A program made the translations under genes and the position numbers. Below, in pieces: positions 12,001-27,000 of a stretch of 64,000 nucleotides of DNA. Within the stretch, counting starts at the first letter, position 1; each line of letters begins with the position of its first letter. This DNA is from an uncultured Gemmataceae bacterium (GTDB taxonomy: Bacteria > Planctomycetota > Planctomycetia > Gemmatales > Gemmataceae): positions 2,080,001 to 2,144,000 of the forward strand of contig CAVVPN010000011.1 in NCBI GenBank assembly GCA_963750165.1. The letters run 5' to 3'. The notes beneath the pieces were generated by a model. The model searched no databases. It worked only from the letters and a program-made list of their open reading frames with translations, and had not been told where the DNA came from.

Positions 12001-15000
12001 GGCCGCCGACGCCGATCGTCACCTCCGGCTCCACCGTCTGCGTCACCAGGAAGCGGTAGGGCATGATCGCCTGGTCGCCGTCCGGGTTCGTGACCGTCAC
12101 ATCGTACAGCCCGTGCGGGGCGCCGGTCAGGTCGAACTCGGCGATGATCTCGGTGGCGTTGACGACCTGATAGGTGACCGGCTCATACTCGGCGAAGCCG
12201 GGCCGTACCAGCTTGACGATGGCCTGGGAGTTGAAGCCGGCGCCGGTGATGGTCGTGGTCACGTACTGCGCGGCGCCGCCGGTGTCGGTCTGCACGTCGG
12301 TGATGGTCAGCGGCACCAGTTGTGCCTCTACCGTGATCGCCTCGCCCGGGTGCGGCATCATGAAGCCGTCGAGCAGGATGTAGTAGACCCCTGGCTGCGT
12401 GCTGGGGATGACAGCCGCCTGCAGGGCGCCGAGCGCCGCCGCTGGAGGCGTCGAAGAGCGTGGTCGTCGGCGCCACGCCGGCCGAGGCGAACAGCTGCAT
12501 GGTGGCCGTCGCGTCGCCGGCCGTGGCCGTCACCTTGAGCGTCTGGCCGGCCGGCACGTCCACCTGGAACAGCCGCTCCTGGCCGCTGTCCAGCGTCGTC
12601 GGCAGCGGCACGCCGAGCACCAGCGGCACCGCCGACAGGTTCACGACGCCGGGCGAGGCGCTGGTGCCGTTCGGCCGATTGGTCCCCTCGTAGACCTGGT
12701 CGAAGATGTCGGTGCGGACGATGACGTAGTACGCCCCCGGCGTCAGCGGCGGGACGTGGGCCGTCAGGGTTTCCGTGTACGACTGGCCCGGCAGGAGCGT
12801 GCCCGTGAACTGCATAGTCCCCACGAACGGGTCGCTGACGGCCCAGCTCGTCGTCGGAGAGAAATACACGGCGTCGGACCAGGTGCCGCTTGCCGGGTTC
12901 TGGCCGGTGTTGGTCACGGTCCAGGTAATGGTCGCCGGCTCACCGACCGTCGCCGCCTGCGGGATCGTGATCGACGAGACCTGCAGGGCGCTGGGCGGCG
13001 GGTAGTCGATGACCAGCGGCACGTCGCTGGGCCGATCATTGTTGACGTAGTTGCTCTCGACAAGGTCGCCCTGGGGGCGCTGCAGCGGCGGGTTGGTGAC
13101 GACGATGACGTAGAACGGCCCGGACAGGCCAGCCGGCAGAGTGAAGGTGTCCGTGACCGAGTAACTTTGGCTGGCGCCCAGGAAGCCGTTGCCGTTGTCG
13201 CCGTGATCCAGCGTGCCCAGGTAGAGGTCGGCCCGGATGTCAAGGTGCGTGTCGCGCGACAGGTAAACGACGTCCTGCCACTTCTCCTGGCCGGGCACGG
13301 TATCGCCGCCGGTGTTGGTGACCGTCCAGGAGACGTTGATCTGGCCGCCAACCGTGGCGTGCGTCGGCGCGGTCAGCGCAGTGACTTGCAGGTCGGGCGG
13401 CGGGGCCAGGACGACCGGCAGGTCGGCGATGGCCAGGTTGTTCCCTTCACCCTGGAACTCCGCGACGCTGCCGCGGGCCAGTTCGCGCGTTGCCTCGGAC
13501 ACCAGATCCCAGGGCGCCAGCGGGTTGGCCGAGTCGAAGACAATGGCGATCTGGTTGAAGCCAACATCGCTGAGGCGGCCGGTCGGGTCAGGCTTGGCCG
13601 CCTTGTCGGTGTAGACGATCAGGTGAAAGTCGCCATTGATGCTCTGCGGCAGCGTCACCATGACCGTCGCCGTGTACGACGCGCCCGGCTGCAGCACGCC
13701 GTTGTGGCCGAAGGCCGTCAGCTGGGTATCGTTCGGATCCAGCGAGTCGTCGTGAGAGAGGTAAATGCCGTCGGTCCAGGAGGAGACGCGCGTGGCGCGG
13801 TTGCCCTCGTTGGTGACCGTGTAGGTGACCGGGATGGTCTGGCCCGAGGTGGCGCCGGCCGGCACCTGCAGGTTCGTGATCTGCAGGTCGGCCTCGCGGT
13901 AGGTGATCTGCAGCGGCTGCTGGTAGCGGTTGTTGGTCGGGTTCTCGTAGGCCCAGTGGGTGAAGAACGAAACCAGGTCGCTGTTGTCGCCGGCATTCAC
14001 CGGCGCGTGGCTGAGCAGGTCGAGCGTCGGGTCGGCGTTGGCGGGCGCGCCCGGCCACCAGCCGGTCATCTCCTGGTACGCCTGGTAGGGGAAGAAGAGC
14101 GGCGACAGGTCGTTGTGGGCGTCGAGGTCGATCCACAGATAATACTGGCTGCCCGTCTCGCCGGTGCCCTGCGGCAGCGTCACCGTGGTGGTGACCACGT
14201 AACTGTCGCCCGGATTGAGCGGCCCCTGCCGCGGCGTGACGACCGAGCCCAGGTAGGAAGCACGGTCGCGGATGAACGTCGAGTCCGCCGTCAGCCACAG
14301 GAAATCAGTCCACGACTGCGTGCCCGACCACACCGGGTTGGTCCCGACGTTCGTGACCGTGTAGCTGAACGTCATCGACTCGCCGGAGTAGTTGACCGAC
14401 GGGATCGACACGTTGGTGATCTTCAGGTCCGCCGGCACGGCCGTTACAGCCGTCGCCTGGTAGCCGGTGTTGTTGGCGGTGGTTACTTCCTTGAGCGGCG
14501 TGAACTGCTGGGAGGGGTCGGGCGGCGGCGGTGAGAACCCGAAGAGACCCGCCAGGTTGGGGCCTGTCTGCGGCGCCGGCGACGAGTTGGCGATGACCAC
14601 CCAGTACAGACCCTGCGCCGACGGCGACAGCGTGACCGTGAGGCTGGCCGTGTAACTGGCGCCCTCGGCCAACGGGTCGCCGTGCTTGAGCTGTCCCAGG
14701 AAGAACGTGTTCGGGCTGGGATTGTTCGGGTCGAAATTGGGGTTGGGAATGTTGGAGAGGTAGACGCGATCCCCCCAGCCGCCCTGCAGCGCGTCGGCGA
14801 TGCCCTCATTCTTCACGGTCCAGTTGATCGTCACCTGGTTGCCGCCGGCGATCTGCGCCGGTCCCTGCACATTGGTGACGACCAGGTCCGGCAAGGCCCC
14901 CAGGACGATGATCGACTGGTTCTTGTAGTTGTCGTTGTTGATCTGGGTCGGGTCGTCGGGGTTGGTGTTCGTGGCCAGTTCGTCCTGCAAGACGACGCCA

Positions 15001-18000
15001 TACGGATCAACCCAGGGCGTGATGTAGTAAGTGCCCGAATCGAGCTGCGCGGGGATCGTGATGTTGACCGTCTGGTCATAGCCCGCGCGAACATCGAGGC
15101 TGCCCGTGTGCGGGACCGATGCGAGCAGCACATCCCCGTGATTGGGGTTGGGCCGGCCCAGCGTCTTCATCAGCCAGATTGTGTCGGTCCAGTTGTTGAC
15201 CAGCGTGGCGCCGGCGCCGAGGTTGGTGACGGTATAGGTCACCGGGATGGTCGCGCCGGCCGTCACCTGCGTCGGCACGATGACATCGCTGGTGACCAGG
15301 TCGGGCAGCGGCAGCGGGTTGACGTAGATCTGCTGGTAGACAAAATCGTGGGCCCCATTGGGCCACTGATCGACCTGATGGTTGTAGTCGGCATCGACGA
15401 TGATGTAGACGTTGCCGCGGAAGCGCTCCGGCACGATGAGGGGGCCGGCCGTGGACTGGTATTCCTGGCCCGGCTCGAGGGCGGACTGGTTGCCGACCTC
15501 GCCGATGAGCAGGGAGCCCGGGTCGATGGTGGTGTCCAGCGACAGGTAAACGCGATCCACCCAGTGCGGCACGTTGGTGGCGACCGTGCCCTGGTTGAGG
15601 ACATCGAACGTGACCGATAGCGCCGAGCCGGCCGGCACGCTGCTGGGGGCCTGGATGTTGACGACCTGCAGGTCGGGCCGCGGTTGGGCGCTGACGGCCA
15701 GCGGGCTCGGGGCCGCCGTCGTGTCATTGGTCACCGCAGTCGAGCCTGCCGGGCCCTCGTACACCGTGGGGTTGGGGTGCGAGTTGTCGGAGCCCACGTA
15801 GTCGGTCGTGACGAAGACCGTGTAGGCGTCGTTGATGTGCGCCGGCAGGGCGACCTGATACGTCCGGGTGTACGAGGTGCCTGGCGCTAGCGGGCCGTTG
15901 GTGGTGAACTGGCCCAGCTCGACGACGGGGGCGCTGCTGTTGCCCGCCTCCTGGAGATAGACGCGGTCCACCCAGGCGCCGTCGGCCTGGCCCTGGCCCT
16001 GGTTGGCAACGGTCCAGGTGACATCAATGGGCGTCCCCTCCGCGGCACTGGTCGGTGCCTGGACCGAAGTGACCACCAGGTCCGGCGTCGGCGGCTGCGT
16101 CACCGGCAGCGCGGCCGAGATGGTCGTGTCGTTGGTGCTGTAGATAAACTCGAACGGGCCGCCGGTGGTGACGACGACGTAGACGTTGCCGGTGATGCCG
16201 TTGGGCACAGCAATCTGTCCGGTGCGCTGATAGCTGCCGTTCACCGCCAGGAAGCCGAAGTGTTCAAACGATGTCAGCGTGCCGGGGATCTGGCCGGTGC
16301 CGTCCGGGTTGGTCGCCAGGTACACCGTATCGTTCCAGTCGCCGATGCTGGTGGTGCCGATGCCCTGGTTGGCGACGGTCCAGGTCACCGTCAGCGGCTG
16401 GCCGGCGTACGCCTGCGGCGGCACGACCACACTGGGGATAACCAGGTCGGCGTAGGGGGCCGGCATGACGTCGAAGAAGCCGGGCTTGGCCGCAACATTG
16501 TTGGCCTTGCGGCCGTACTCGAGTACCTGGTCGTCCGCGTCGGTGAAGACCAGCAAGTGATAATGGCCGGTGAACGCCGGCGGCAGATTGATCGTCTCGG
16601 TCTGACTGTAACTCGTGCCGGGGGCCAGCAGCCCGTTATGCACGTAGGTTCCGAGGACGACATCCTGGTTGCTGCCGGGCGTCGTGTTCGGCGACGCGAT
16701 GACCTCATCGACCCACTGGCTGACCCGTCCCGCCCCCTCGCCGATGTTGGACACGGTCCAGGACACGGTCACCGTTGCCGGGTCGGCGATGGTCTGGTCG
16801 GGGCCCTGCACGTTGCTGGCGGCCAGGTCCGGCTCCAGCGGCAGCGTCAGAGTGATGGGAACGCTGGCAGCGATGGTCGCGGCGTTGGCCGCCTCGGTGA
16901 TGGCCGACCCGCTGTCGGTCTGGACGATCAGGTAGTACGTGCCGGCCGTCTGTGTCTCGTTGAACGGCAGGTTGAACGTCACCGGGACCGATTGCGACGC
17001 GCCCGGCGCCAGCAGCGGCCGATTGCCGCCGCCATCGTAGGTCGCCACCAGCACGGCGCTGCTGTCGATGGACTGGGTCTTCGACAGGTAGACCGAATCG
17101 GTCCAGTTGGTGGGGACGGTCAACGTGCCGTTGTTGTGGACGACCCAGCTCAGGCTGAGGGGGTCGCCGAAGACTGCCGACGTTGCCGACGGCGAGAGCG
17201 TATCGACCACCAGCGCCGCCAGCGACAGGGTGAACGAGGCATGGAAGACATCGTTGATGGAATCGCCGTTGACGCCGTCCTGGTTCTGGTCCATCGCGTT
17301 GCCGGCCAGGTCGTAGACGGTGGGGCCGATGGCCAGGGTGTAAGTGCCGTTGGTGTTCTGCGCGGCGAAGGTGAAGCGATAGGTGTTGCCGCTGACCAGG
17401 AAGGGGTTGCCGACGCTGACCGCATGGCCCAGCGGGTCGGTCAGAGCAATGTCGGCGGGCGTGAAGGTGGCGGCGTTGATCGGTTTGCTGAAGGTGACAT
17501 CCACCGACGCGACCGTGTTGTTGAGCGTGCCGCTCGGCGTCTCGACGGTGATGTGCGCGCCGTGTTTGTCGATGGTCCATGATGCCTGGTAGGCCGTCGG
17601 CAGCGCGTTGCCCGACAGGTCGGTGATGCCGGTCCCCAGCGTGACGTTGTAGACGCCTTCGACCGACTGGCTCGGGATGTTGACCCGGAAAGTGCGCGGG
17701 TCGAGCTGAGTGACCGTGAAGGTGGCTGGGTCGAGTGTGCCGCCGGGCCCGCTGATGGTCACCTGGGCGCCCGTGAAGGTGTTGAGCGCGATCGGCTTGC
17801 TGAAGCCGACCTGGAACGAGGAAATGTTCTGGTTGGTCGGGCCAGTCGGGCTGAAGCTGGCGACCGCTGGCGGGGTGGTGTCCCGGAGGGTGACGGCGGC
17901 GCTGGCGGCAATGGGCGTGCCCCCTGCTCCCAGGGTGACGGCCCCGTTGGCGTCCGTCTCGACAATCACATAGTAACTGCCGGTGGGGTGGTTGCCGTCG

Positions 18001-21000
18001 TAGGGGAGGGTGAAGTTCAGCGACACGTTGTCCTGGGCGCCCGGGGCCAGCAACGGCCGGTTGCCGCCGCCGTTGTAGGTCGCCACCAGCAGCGCGCTGC
18101 CGTCGAGCGTCGCATGGCTGGACACAAAAACGTAATCGGTCCAGTTGGCCGGGACCGCGGCCGTGCCGGTGTTGTGGACGGCGTAGCTGAGCGTGTAAGA
18201 CTGGCCGAAGACTCCCGGCGCCGTCTGCGGCGTGATCGTGTCCACGACAAAGACCGGCAGCGCGACAGTGAACGAGGCGTGGAAGACATCATTGACGGGG
18301 TCGCCGTTGACGCCGTCCTGGTTCTGGTCCATGCTGTTGCCGGCCAGGTCGTAGACGGTGGGGCCGATGGCCAGGGTGTAGGTGCCGTTGGTGTTTTGCG
18401 CAGCGAAGGGGATGCGGTAGGTGTTGCTGCTGACCAGGAACGGCGTGCCGACGCTCACCGCGTGGCCGAGCGGGTCGGTCAGGGTGATGGTGCTGGGCGT
18501 GAAGGTGGCGGCGTTGATCGGTTTGCTGAACGTGACATCCACCGACGCGACCGTGTTGTTGAGCGTGCCGCTCGGCGTCTCGACGGTGATGTGGGCGCCG
18601 TGTTTGTCGATGGTCCATGATGCCTGGTAGGCCGTCGGCAGCGCGTTGCCCGACAGGTCGGTGATGCCGGTCCCCAGCGTGACGTTGTAGACGCCTTCGA
18701 CCGACTGGCTCGGGAAGGTCACACGGAACGTGCGGGCGTCGAGCTGCGTCACCTGGAACGTGGACGAGTCGAGCGTGCCGTTCGGCCCGGAGATGGTGAC
18801 CTGGCTCGGAGTGAATGAGATGCCCTGGATTGGCTTGCTGAAGCCGACCTGGAACGAGGCAATGTTCTGGTTGGTCGGACCCGTCGGGCTGAAGCTGGCC
18901 ACGGCCGGCGGCGTCGTATCCTGGATGGTCACGGCGCTGCTGGCCGCGACCCGGACGCCGTTGTCGGCCCGCGGCACGGCCGAGTAGGCGTCCGCCTCGA
19001 CGATCAGGTAATACGTGCCGGTCACCTGGTTGCCGTTGTAGGGCAACGTGAAATTGAGCGCGACGTTCTCCTGGCCGCCGGGCGCGAGCAGCGGCCGGTT
19101 ACCGCCGCCGTTGTAGGTCGCCACCAGCACCGCGCTGCTGTTGAGCGTCGCCTGGGTGGACAGGTAAATGAAGTCGGTGGTGTTGACGGGCACCGCGGCG
19201 TTGCCGGTGTTCTTGACGATGTAGCTGAGCGCATAGGGGCTGCCGAAGGTCCCCGGCGCTGCCTGCGGCGTGACCGAGCTTACGTTGAAGACCGCGGTGG
19301 GGGGCAGCGACAACGGCAGCACGGTGCTGACGCCGGTGTTGTTGTTCTCGTTGATCTCCGGTTGCTGGTTGTTGATGTCGGTCTGGACGATGAGGTAGTA
19401 GTTGCCCGGCACGACGCTGGTGTTGAACGGCAGCGTAACCTGCTCGGTCTGCGTGTAACTGGCGTTGGCCGCCAGCGGGCTGAAGGTGGCAGCGCTGAAG
19501 GTGCCCAGCAACACGCTGTTGCTGTTCAGCGTCGTGCTGTTCGACAAGTACACGCCGTCGCTCCACTGCTCGCGCCGGGTCGCTGCCGAGGTTCTTCACC
19601 GTCCAGCTGACGTTGATGGTGTCGCCGAAGTTGGCGCTGGACGGCCCGCTCACATTGGTGACGGTCAGGTCGGGGGACTGGAGGTTGATGGCGGCGGTAA
19701 AGGCGGCCGTCATCGGGTTGCCGGCAATGTCGGTGATGTTGGGGCCGACGAGCAGGGTGTAGGTGCCGGGGGCGGTCTGGCCGGTGAAGTGGATCACGAA
19801 GTTGCGGCCCGACCCGGTCACGCTGGTCACCTGGCTGGTCAGGACCACGCCGCCGGGCCCGATGAAGTTGGTGACATCGGCGGTGGTGAACGTCGTGGGA
19901 TCGATGTTTTCATTGAAGGTGATGCCGAGCTGGTTGAACGGCACCGAGGCCTGCAGGGCCGGCGTCTGCGCGACGACGACCGGGCCGGTCTGATCGATGA
20001 CGAAGCTGGACGAGTAGGCGGCGCTCGGCTGCCCCTGGAGGTCGGTGAAGGCGCCGGCGGCGAAGGAGTAGGCGTAGGTCGCCTCGACGTTTGGCACCGA
20101 CAGGCCGAAGACGACGGTGTGGCCGTCGGTCATCGTCACGCCCGTGACGGTGACGCCACTGCCGATGGTCAGATCGGCCGGCGACAGCAGGTCGGCGCGG
20201 ATCGCCGAGGAGAGCGTGACCGTGAGGGTCGTGGGGGGCGTCCTGGTCGGCTGGCCGTCGTAGGGGGTCGTGGCCACGACACTGGGGGCAGGCGTGTTGG
20301 TGGGGAGGGCGCCGGCGATGTTGAGCGTGTAGGCGCCGCCGGCGGTGTCGCGCACCGTGATATTGTCGAGGTCCTCGTCGGCAGTCTGGCCGCCGGTGCG
20401 GGCGCTGAAGGCAGCCCGGCCTTCGTATGGCGCCATCCCCGCCACGAAGTAGTTGTCGATCAGCGTGGCGGCCGGGCCGCCGTTGGGTGTGAGGGTGACG
20501 GTGACGTAGGAGCCGCCGACGCCGGCGGTGATGCGGATCTCGGCGTGGTCGAACTGGCCGTTGGCCAGGTCAAAGGCGGGGAAGAAGTTGCCCAGGATCT
20601 GGTTGTTGAAGTGCAGCGACACTTCGTTGTTGCTGTTGCCGTCGATGCTCCCGTTGTTGTAGATGTCGAAGCCGACGCCCAGCGAGCCGGGCAAACTCGG
20701 CTCCTCGCCGAAGCCCGGGACGTTCGCGCTGCCCGTGGTGCCGTAGTCGGCAGTGTTCAGCCACGCGAAGCCGAGGCCGTCGGCCTGGCCGCTGCTGGGC
20801 GTCATGCGGAAGTCGAAATCGACCACCGTGGTGGGCGCGGGGCCGACATGGGTGCGGTCGAAGGCGATGGTGTTCAGGCTGTAATACTGCGCGGGCGTGA
20901 GCCGCAGGAAATTGCCGGTCGGGCCGCCCGAGAGGATGGAACTGGCCGTGCCGCCGTTGTTCGCCAGGGTGTAGGGCGTGCCGCCGCCGTCGAAGTTCTG

Positions 21001-24000
21001 CGCGGTGTCGGCGGGGCCGACGGCCGTGCTCACGTCGGTGACCACAACCTTGTAGACGCCGGCGTCGCCGACCGGGATAGTGTAGCTCAGGAGGGCGTTG
21101 TAGCCATCGGCAGCGCCGCCGGTGTTGCTGGCGACGAGGTGGCCCGATGGGTCGTACAGGTCCAGGTGCGGCTGGACCTGGTTGACCGGCTCGCCGGGGC
21201 CGCTGCCGGGCGTCGTGGTGGTCAGCACCAATGCCTGGCCCGCACCGCCCTGCACGAGATACTGGTTGGTGTCGCCGCCTTCGCTGCTGAGGGCGCCGAG
21301 CACCTGGTTGTTGAGGCTGATGAGCTGCGGGCCGGCCGGCGCGATACTCGGCTCCAGGGCATAGTCGGCGCCGCGCGTCACCACGACCGTGTAGTTCGCG
21401 GCGGCGGCGCCCGTGATGCGAATCAGGTACGACTGGCCGGCGCCCACGAAGTCGTCAATGCGCTGGTTCCCGAGCGCATCGGTGGTGCCGAGGGCCAGGA
21501 CGTTGCCGTTGGCGTCCAGTAGCGCCAGTTGCGGCGTGACACCGGTCGTTTGCGACCGCAGCACCACACTGGCGGACTGGCCGCTGGCCAGGGTGAACGC
21601 ATACTCGTCGGTGTCGGTCGCACTCGCCAGGCTGCCCACCACCGCCAGCCGGTCGGCCCCGCCCTGCAGCGAGATCGCCGAGCCGTCGATCAACTGGGCG
21701 GTGGCCGGCGTATCATCGGACGGACCGCCGAAGCTCTCGGCTTCAACCGAGGCGTTGAGCGTCGCCGCGACGGTGTAGCCCCCGGACCCCGCCAGGCTGC
21801 TCACCTGAATCGTGTAGGTGCCCGCAGTGGCAACCTGAGCCGATTGCAAGAAAACGGTCTGTCCCGCCGCCGCACTCGCCGTACCCACGATGGAACCGTC
21901 GGGGGCGAGCACTTCGATCTGGCCGCTGAGGGACGGGTCGCTCCCGGCCAGGCGGATGGTGAGCGCCTGACCGGGGTCGAGGTTGAGCGTGTAGCTATCG
22001 ACATTGCCGGCGGCATGGAACCGCCCGGTGGCGGCGCCGGTGAAGACCTCCGAGCCGACCGGGGCGACAGGTTGCAGAGGCGTCGGGAACGGCGCAGTGA
22101 GGTCATCGACGGCGAAATCGACGAGGTAGTTGCCGCCGGTGAGCAGCAGCCCGCGCCGGTCGCGGAAGGCGGTCGCCGACGTCAACAGGGTCAGCGTGTA
22201 ATCGCTCTCGGCCAGGTTGCTGTAGGTGATCGTGGCGACGGTGTTGGTCGGGTCGAAGGTCAGTGAGTCGGGCAGGATGGTCTGGTTGGTGACATCGTTG
22301 GTCAACGGGGCGGCGGCGACGCCGAGACCGGTGGTCGCCATCTGCTTGCTGAAGGTCACGGTGTAGACGAGACTGCTCGTATGCACCTCGTCCCCCTCGG
22401 CGAGCGAACTGGAGACGACCTGTGGCGGCGTGAGGTCGGCATCGAAGGTCGCGGCGAACGCCTGAAGCGGCTGGCCCGACCAACTGGTGAGCACTCCCGC
22501 CCCGATGGCGGCGTGGTACAGGGCGTTGCCGTGGTTGGTGCCGGTGAGGTCGAACGTGAGCGTTTGCGGATCGACGACGGTGACTCCGGCAGCGGCCACA
22601 CCGTCGATGGTCAGGTCCGAGGCCGCCACGGTGCTCAGGAGCACCGGTTGCGACAGATGGATGGTGTAGGTGCTGGGGTAGACGCCAAGGAGAGCGTCGT
22701 CAGACGGTGTGACGGCGGTGGCGGTGAACGGCGCCTCCTGTCCGGTGTAGCCGGTCACCGTCAGGACGTATTCGCCGGGCGTGTCGTCGGCGATGACGCG
22801 CACGGTGTACGGGCCGCTCATCAGGGCGGTGTACACGAGGGAGGAGTTGCGGCCGTCGGCAGCGCTGTTGTCGTCCTGGGCGACCAGGGCGCCGGTCGGG
22901 TCGTACAGCTCGATGCGCGGGTCGAGCTGGTTGATCGGCCCCAGGGGCGTCTGGGTGTTGATGGTCAGCGTGTCGCCGGCGTTGGCCAGGACGCTGTAAT
23001 TGTTGGGCCCACCGCCGGCAGCCAGGGCGGTGTAATCGATGATGTTGTCCAGCAGGTTGTTGGCCTGGGGCTGCGGCGAGTGGAAGTTGGTCGTGGTCAT
23101 GCCGCCGAACATCACCAGGCCGGCGCCCCACTTCTCGTCGGCCAGGACGGTCTGGCCGACCTGATTCGTCAGCAGTGCCGTCAGGTTCGAGCCGCTGATC
23201 CAGGCGTGACTGAAGGAGTTGCCGGTGAACGTGGTGGTGATCGGCGTGAACGGCCCCTGGAAAATCGCCTGCGTCGGGTCAACCGCGGTCACGGTGGACC
23301 CGTAACTGGGGTAGTTGAGGGTGACATCGCCGAAGCCGAAGCTCATGCCACTGCCCTGATTGGGGGCGGAGTCGAGCAACAGGGAGTGGCCGGCGGCGAC
23401 CCAGGACTGCATCAGTGGCAGGTTGGCCTGGAGGAACGTCTGCAAGGCGTTGGCGTCGGCATCGCTGCCGTCGAGATAGACGAAGTCGTAACTGCTGGAG
23501 AACAGGACCGACGGATCCACCGTCTGGAAGCTCGAGCTGCTCCCAGTTGCTGGTCCCGAAGACGGCGTTCATCGCCGTCTCGTTGCTGCTGGAGCCCCAC
23601 GGATCGCCGGCACTGGAGGTGACATAGGCGGCGTGAACCCGGCTGACGTTGCCCCCGGCGCCGACGCCGCCCGTGTAGCCCAGCGCCACGCCTGTGCGGG
23701 TGATGTCTTGGGCCGTGCTCAACTCGCTGTTGGGCTGCTGGTCGAAGGCGGCGGCGCGGGTGACAATCAGGCTGTACGACGCGCCAGGGTCGTTGCTCAC
23801 GCGCGCGTAGTAGACGCCCGACATCTGCGGCACGAAGTCCGATACCGCCGCGGTCACGTTGCTGTTGTCGGGGGCGCCGTTGGCGAGGAGGTTGCCGGCA
23901 GAGTCGAACAACGACAGTTGCAGGCCAGCGCCGCCGGTCAGAGCCACGGTAGCCGCCTGCCCGGCGGCGAGCGTGAACTGGTAGTAAGTGTCGGTGGCCT

Positions 24001-27000
24001 GGGCTGCCGGCACACCGAGCAGCTGAATCTGCGAGACGGCGTAATTGTTGTCGCCGCCTGTCGCCAGGAAGCGCACTGCCGTCGTCGTCACGGGGGTGAA
24101 GGTGTGCCACTGCTGGCCGTCGCTGTAGGGGTAGTCGGGCCGGGAGATGAGTTCGTCATAAGGGATCTGGCTGCTCTCGGACGGCACGTCCCAGAGATCC
24201 TGCCACGTACCGTCCGCGGCGAGGTACTGGAGCTGATACGTGTCGGGGGAGTTGGCCTGGACGTTGGCCCCGCTGAGGACGTAGCTGCCACCCAGGTCGA
24301 TCTCCAGGGTCGGACTGGTGCCGTTCCACCAGACGCCGTCCTGCCAGTAGGCGCCGCGGTAGTACGGGAAGCCGTTGGTGATCGTCGTCAGGTCGCCGTT
24401 GAAGGCGCCGCTGTTGCCCACGTCGATGACGGTCGCGCCGAGGGCGACGTTGGTCGGGGCGGCAAAGGCACCGAGGACGGCCAGACGGTCGGCCGCGCCG
24501 GCCAGCGCGACGGACGAGTCGTCGAGGTTCTGGGCTGTGGCGAGGCTGCTGTCGGCCGCGCCGGGCACCAGGCCGGCTTCCTCGACGGCCGCGTTGAGCG
24601 TGAGGGCAACCTGGTAGCGGCCGGTGCCCGCCAGGCTGATGACGTCGATGGTGTACGTGCCGGTGGTGGCGGCCCCCAGCGTTTCCAGGACGACCGGTTG
24701 GCCGGCCGCCGCCGCGCTGGCGCTGCCGAGCAGGGAGCCTTCAGGGGAGACCAGCGCGAGGGTCGCCTGTTCCGACGGGTCGAGCGGGGTGAAGACGGCG
24801 GTGATGGTTTCTCCCGCATCCACGCTTAGCGTGTACGAATCAGTGTCGTCCACGTTGTTCAGCAGTCCGGGCGCCACCGTGTTGTAGATGAGCGAGCCGG
24901 CCGGCAGATTCGATTGCAGCGGCGTCGGGAAGGGTGTCGTGGTGGCGTCGGTGCTGAAATCGACGACGTAGTCGTTGGGGTAGCCGACGCCCGAGCCGTC
25001 GAGCGGATTCTCGGCCAGGTCGCGCCAGGCGGTGGTGGAACTGGGCAGGTCAAGTTCGTAGGTGCTCTCCGGCAGGTTGGCATAGGTGACGGTGGCCGAG
25101 TTGGTGGCGGGGTCGTAGACGAAGGAACTCGGCGTGTAACTGGTCCCACTGTAGGTGTCGGTGAGCAGCACGTCCTGGGGCCCCAGCCCGGTCGGGTCCA
25201 TCGCCTCGCTGAAGACAACGTGATAGGTCAGCGGCCCGGCGGGTACGACGTCGCCGTTCTGGATCGAGCTGCTGGCGACCGTCGGTAGGACCGTGTCGAT
25301 AATGAACGTCGAGGAGAACGCCGTCACCGGCTGCCCCGAAAGGCTGGTCAGCGCCCCGGCGGGGATGGTGACCGTGTAGGTGCCGTCGCTCGTGTCGAGG
25401 GCGCTGACATCGAACGACAGAGTGTCGGGGGCGACCTGGGTCACCGCCGCGGCGGGCACGCCGTTGACCAGCAGGTCGGAGGCGTCGATGCTGGTCTGCA
25501 GCAGCGGTCGCGAGAACTGGACCTGATACGTGGTCGGCACGATATTGAGGTCCGCGCCGGCGGCGGGGGTGGTGTTGCTGACCACGAAGGGGGCCGGCTG
25601 TCCGGTCGCGCCGCTGACCACGAGCGTGTAATCGCCGCCGACGCTGCCGGCAGCGCGGACGACGGCGCGGTACGTGCCGCCGGCGCCGTCCGGGACGGTG
25701 TAGCTCAACAGGGCGTTGCGGCCGTCGGGGGCGCTGTTGTCGTCGCTGGCGACCAGGGTGCCGTCAGGGGCGTACAGGTCCACGGCGGGGTCAAGGGCGT
25801 TCCCCGGCAAGCCGGGGGAGCTACCGGGCGTCGTGGTGCTCAGGACCAGGTTGTCGCCCGCGTTGGCGGTGAAGGTGTAGTCGTCCTGAAGGTCGTGGGC
25901 GCCGGCGGCCCAGGCCACGGCCTGCTGGAGCAGCTGGTCGGCGGGCCCCGAGCGCAGGTCGGTGGTGGTGTAGTTGGAACTGGCGGCGTAATCCGGCCCG
26001 AGGTAAACGCCGCGGCCGAAGCCCTCCGGGCCGACGACCACGGAAGGCACGCCGGCCGTGGTTCCCAGGACCGTCGCCCCTGGGACCACGGCCGGGGTGT
26101 GCTCGTCCAGCTCGATGTAGTCCTCGCTCACCGTGAACGTGGCGAGGCCAGCCGTGACCGGGTGCGTGGCGTCGGTGATCGTCACCTGGCCGTTGTACGT
26201 GGAGCCGCTGCCGCCGTTCGTGAGGTTGACGGGCAGCACGGCCTGAAGGTCGGCGAGCGTGGTGGTCGAGGCATCGGCAGCGCCCTGGAGGCCCCAGCCG
26301 GTGTCCACGACGCCGCCCCCCGCCGCAACCCACTGATGCAGCGCGGACGCGAAGCTGGCGTATTCGTCGCCGTTGTAGTAGCCGTTGTTGCCGATCACCA
26401 CAACGTCATAGGCGCCCAGTTCGGCCAGGGTGTTGACCTGCGCCGGCGTGACCTCGGTCGCCTGGAAGTTGCCGGAGGCGTTGAGCTGAGCGACGATGGC
26501 CTGATAGCCAGCGTCGTTGCCCGACGTGTTGGTGTCGGTATTCACCACGGCGACCCGCAACGGGCCGGCGTTGACCCCGCGCCCCAGCGAGCCCACGGCC
26601 TGGTGCGTGAAACTGATGTCCTGGGCGGTGGTGGCGTCCTCGTTCGGCTCGACGTTGAAGTCGGCCCCGCGTGTCACCACCAGCGAGTAGGGGGTGATCG
26701 CCGCGGCACTGACGCGGACGTAATAGTCGCCCGTCACGGGAGCATTCAGGTCGGCGACATAGCCGGCGACGTTGGTCTGCCCCTGTCCCCCCGTTGCCAG
26801 CACATTCCCGGCGGCATCGAGCACCTCAAGCGTGAGCGGGGTGCCAGCGCCGGGCGACGTGGGCGTGACCGCGAAGCTGGCGTACTGGCCCGCCGTCAGC
26901 GTGACGTGGTAATAGTCCACCGGGTCGCTGGGGCCGCCAAGGTTCGGGTAGAAGCTGAGGCCGCTGAGCGCTGATTCGCCGGTGGAACCGACCAGGGTGC

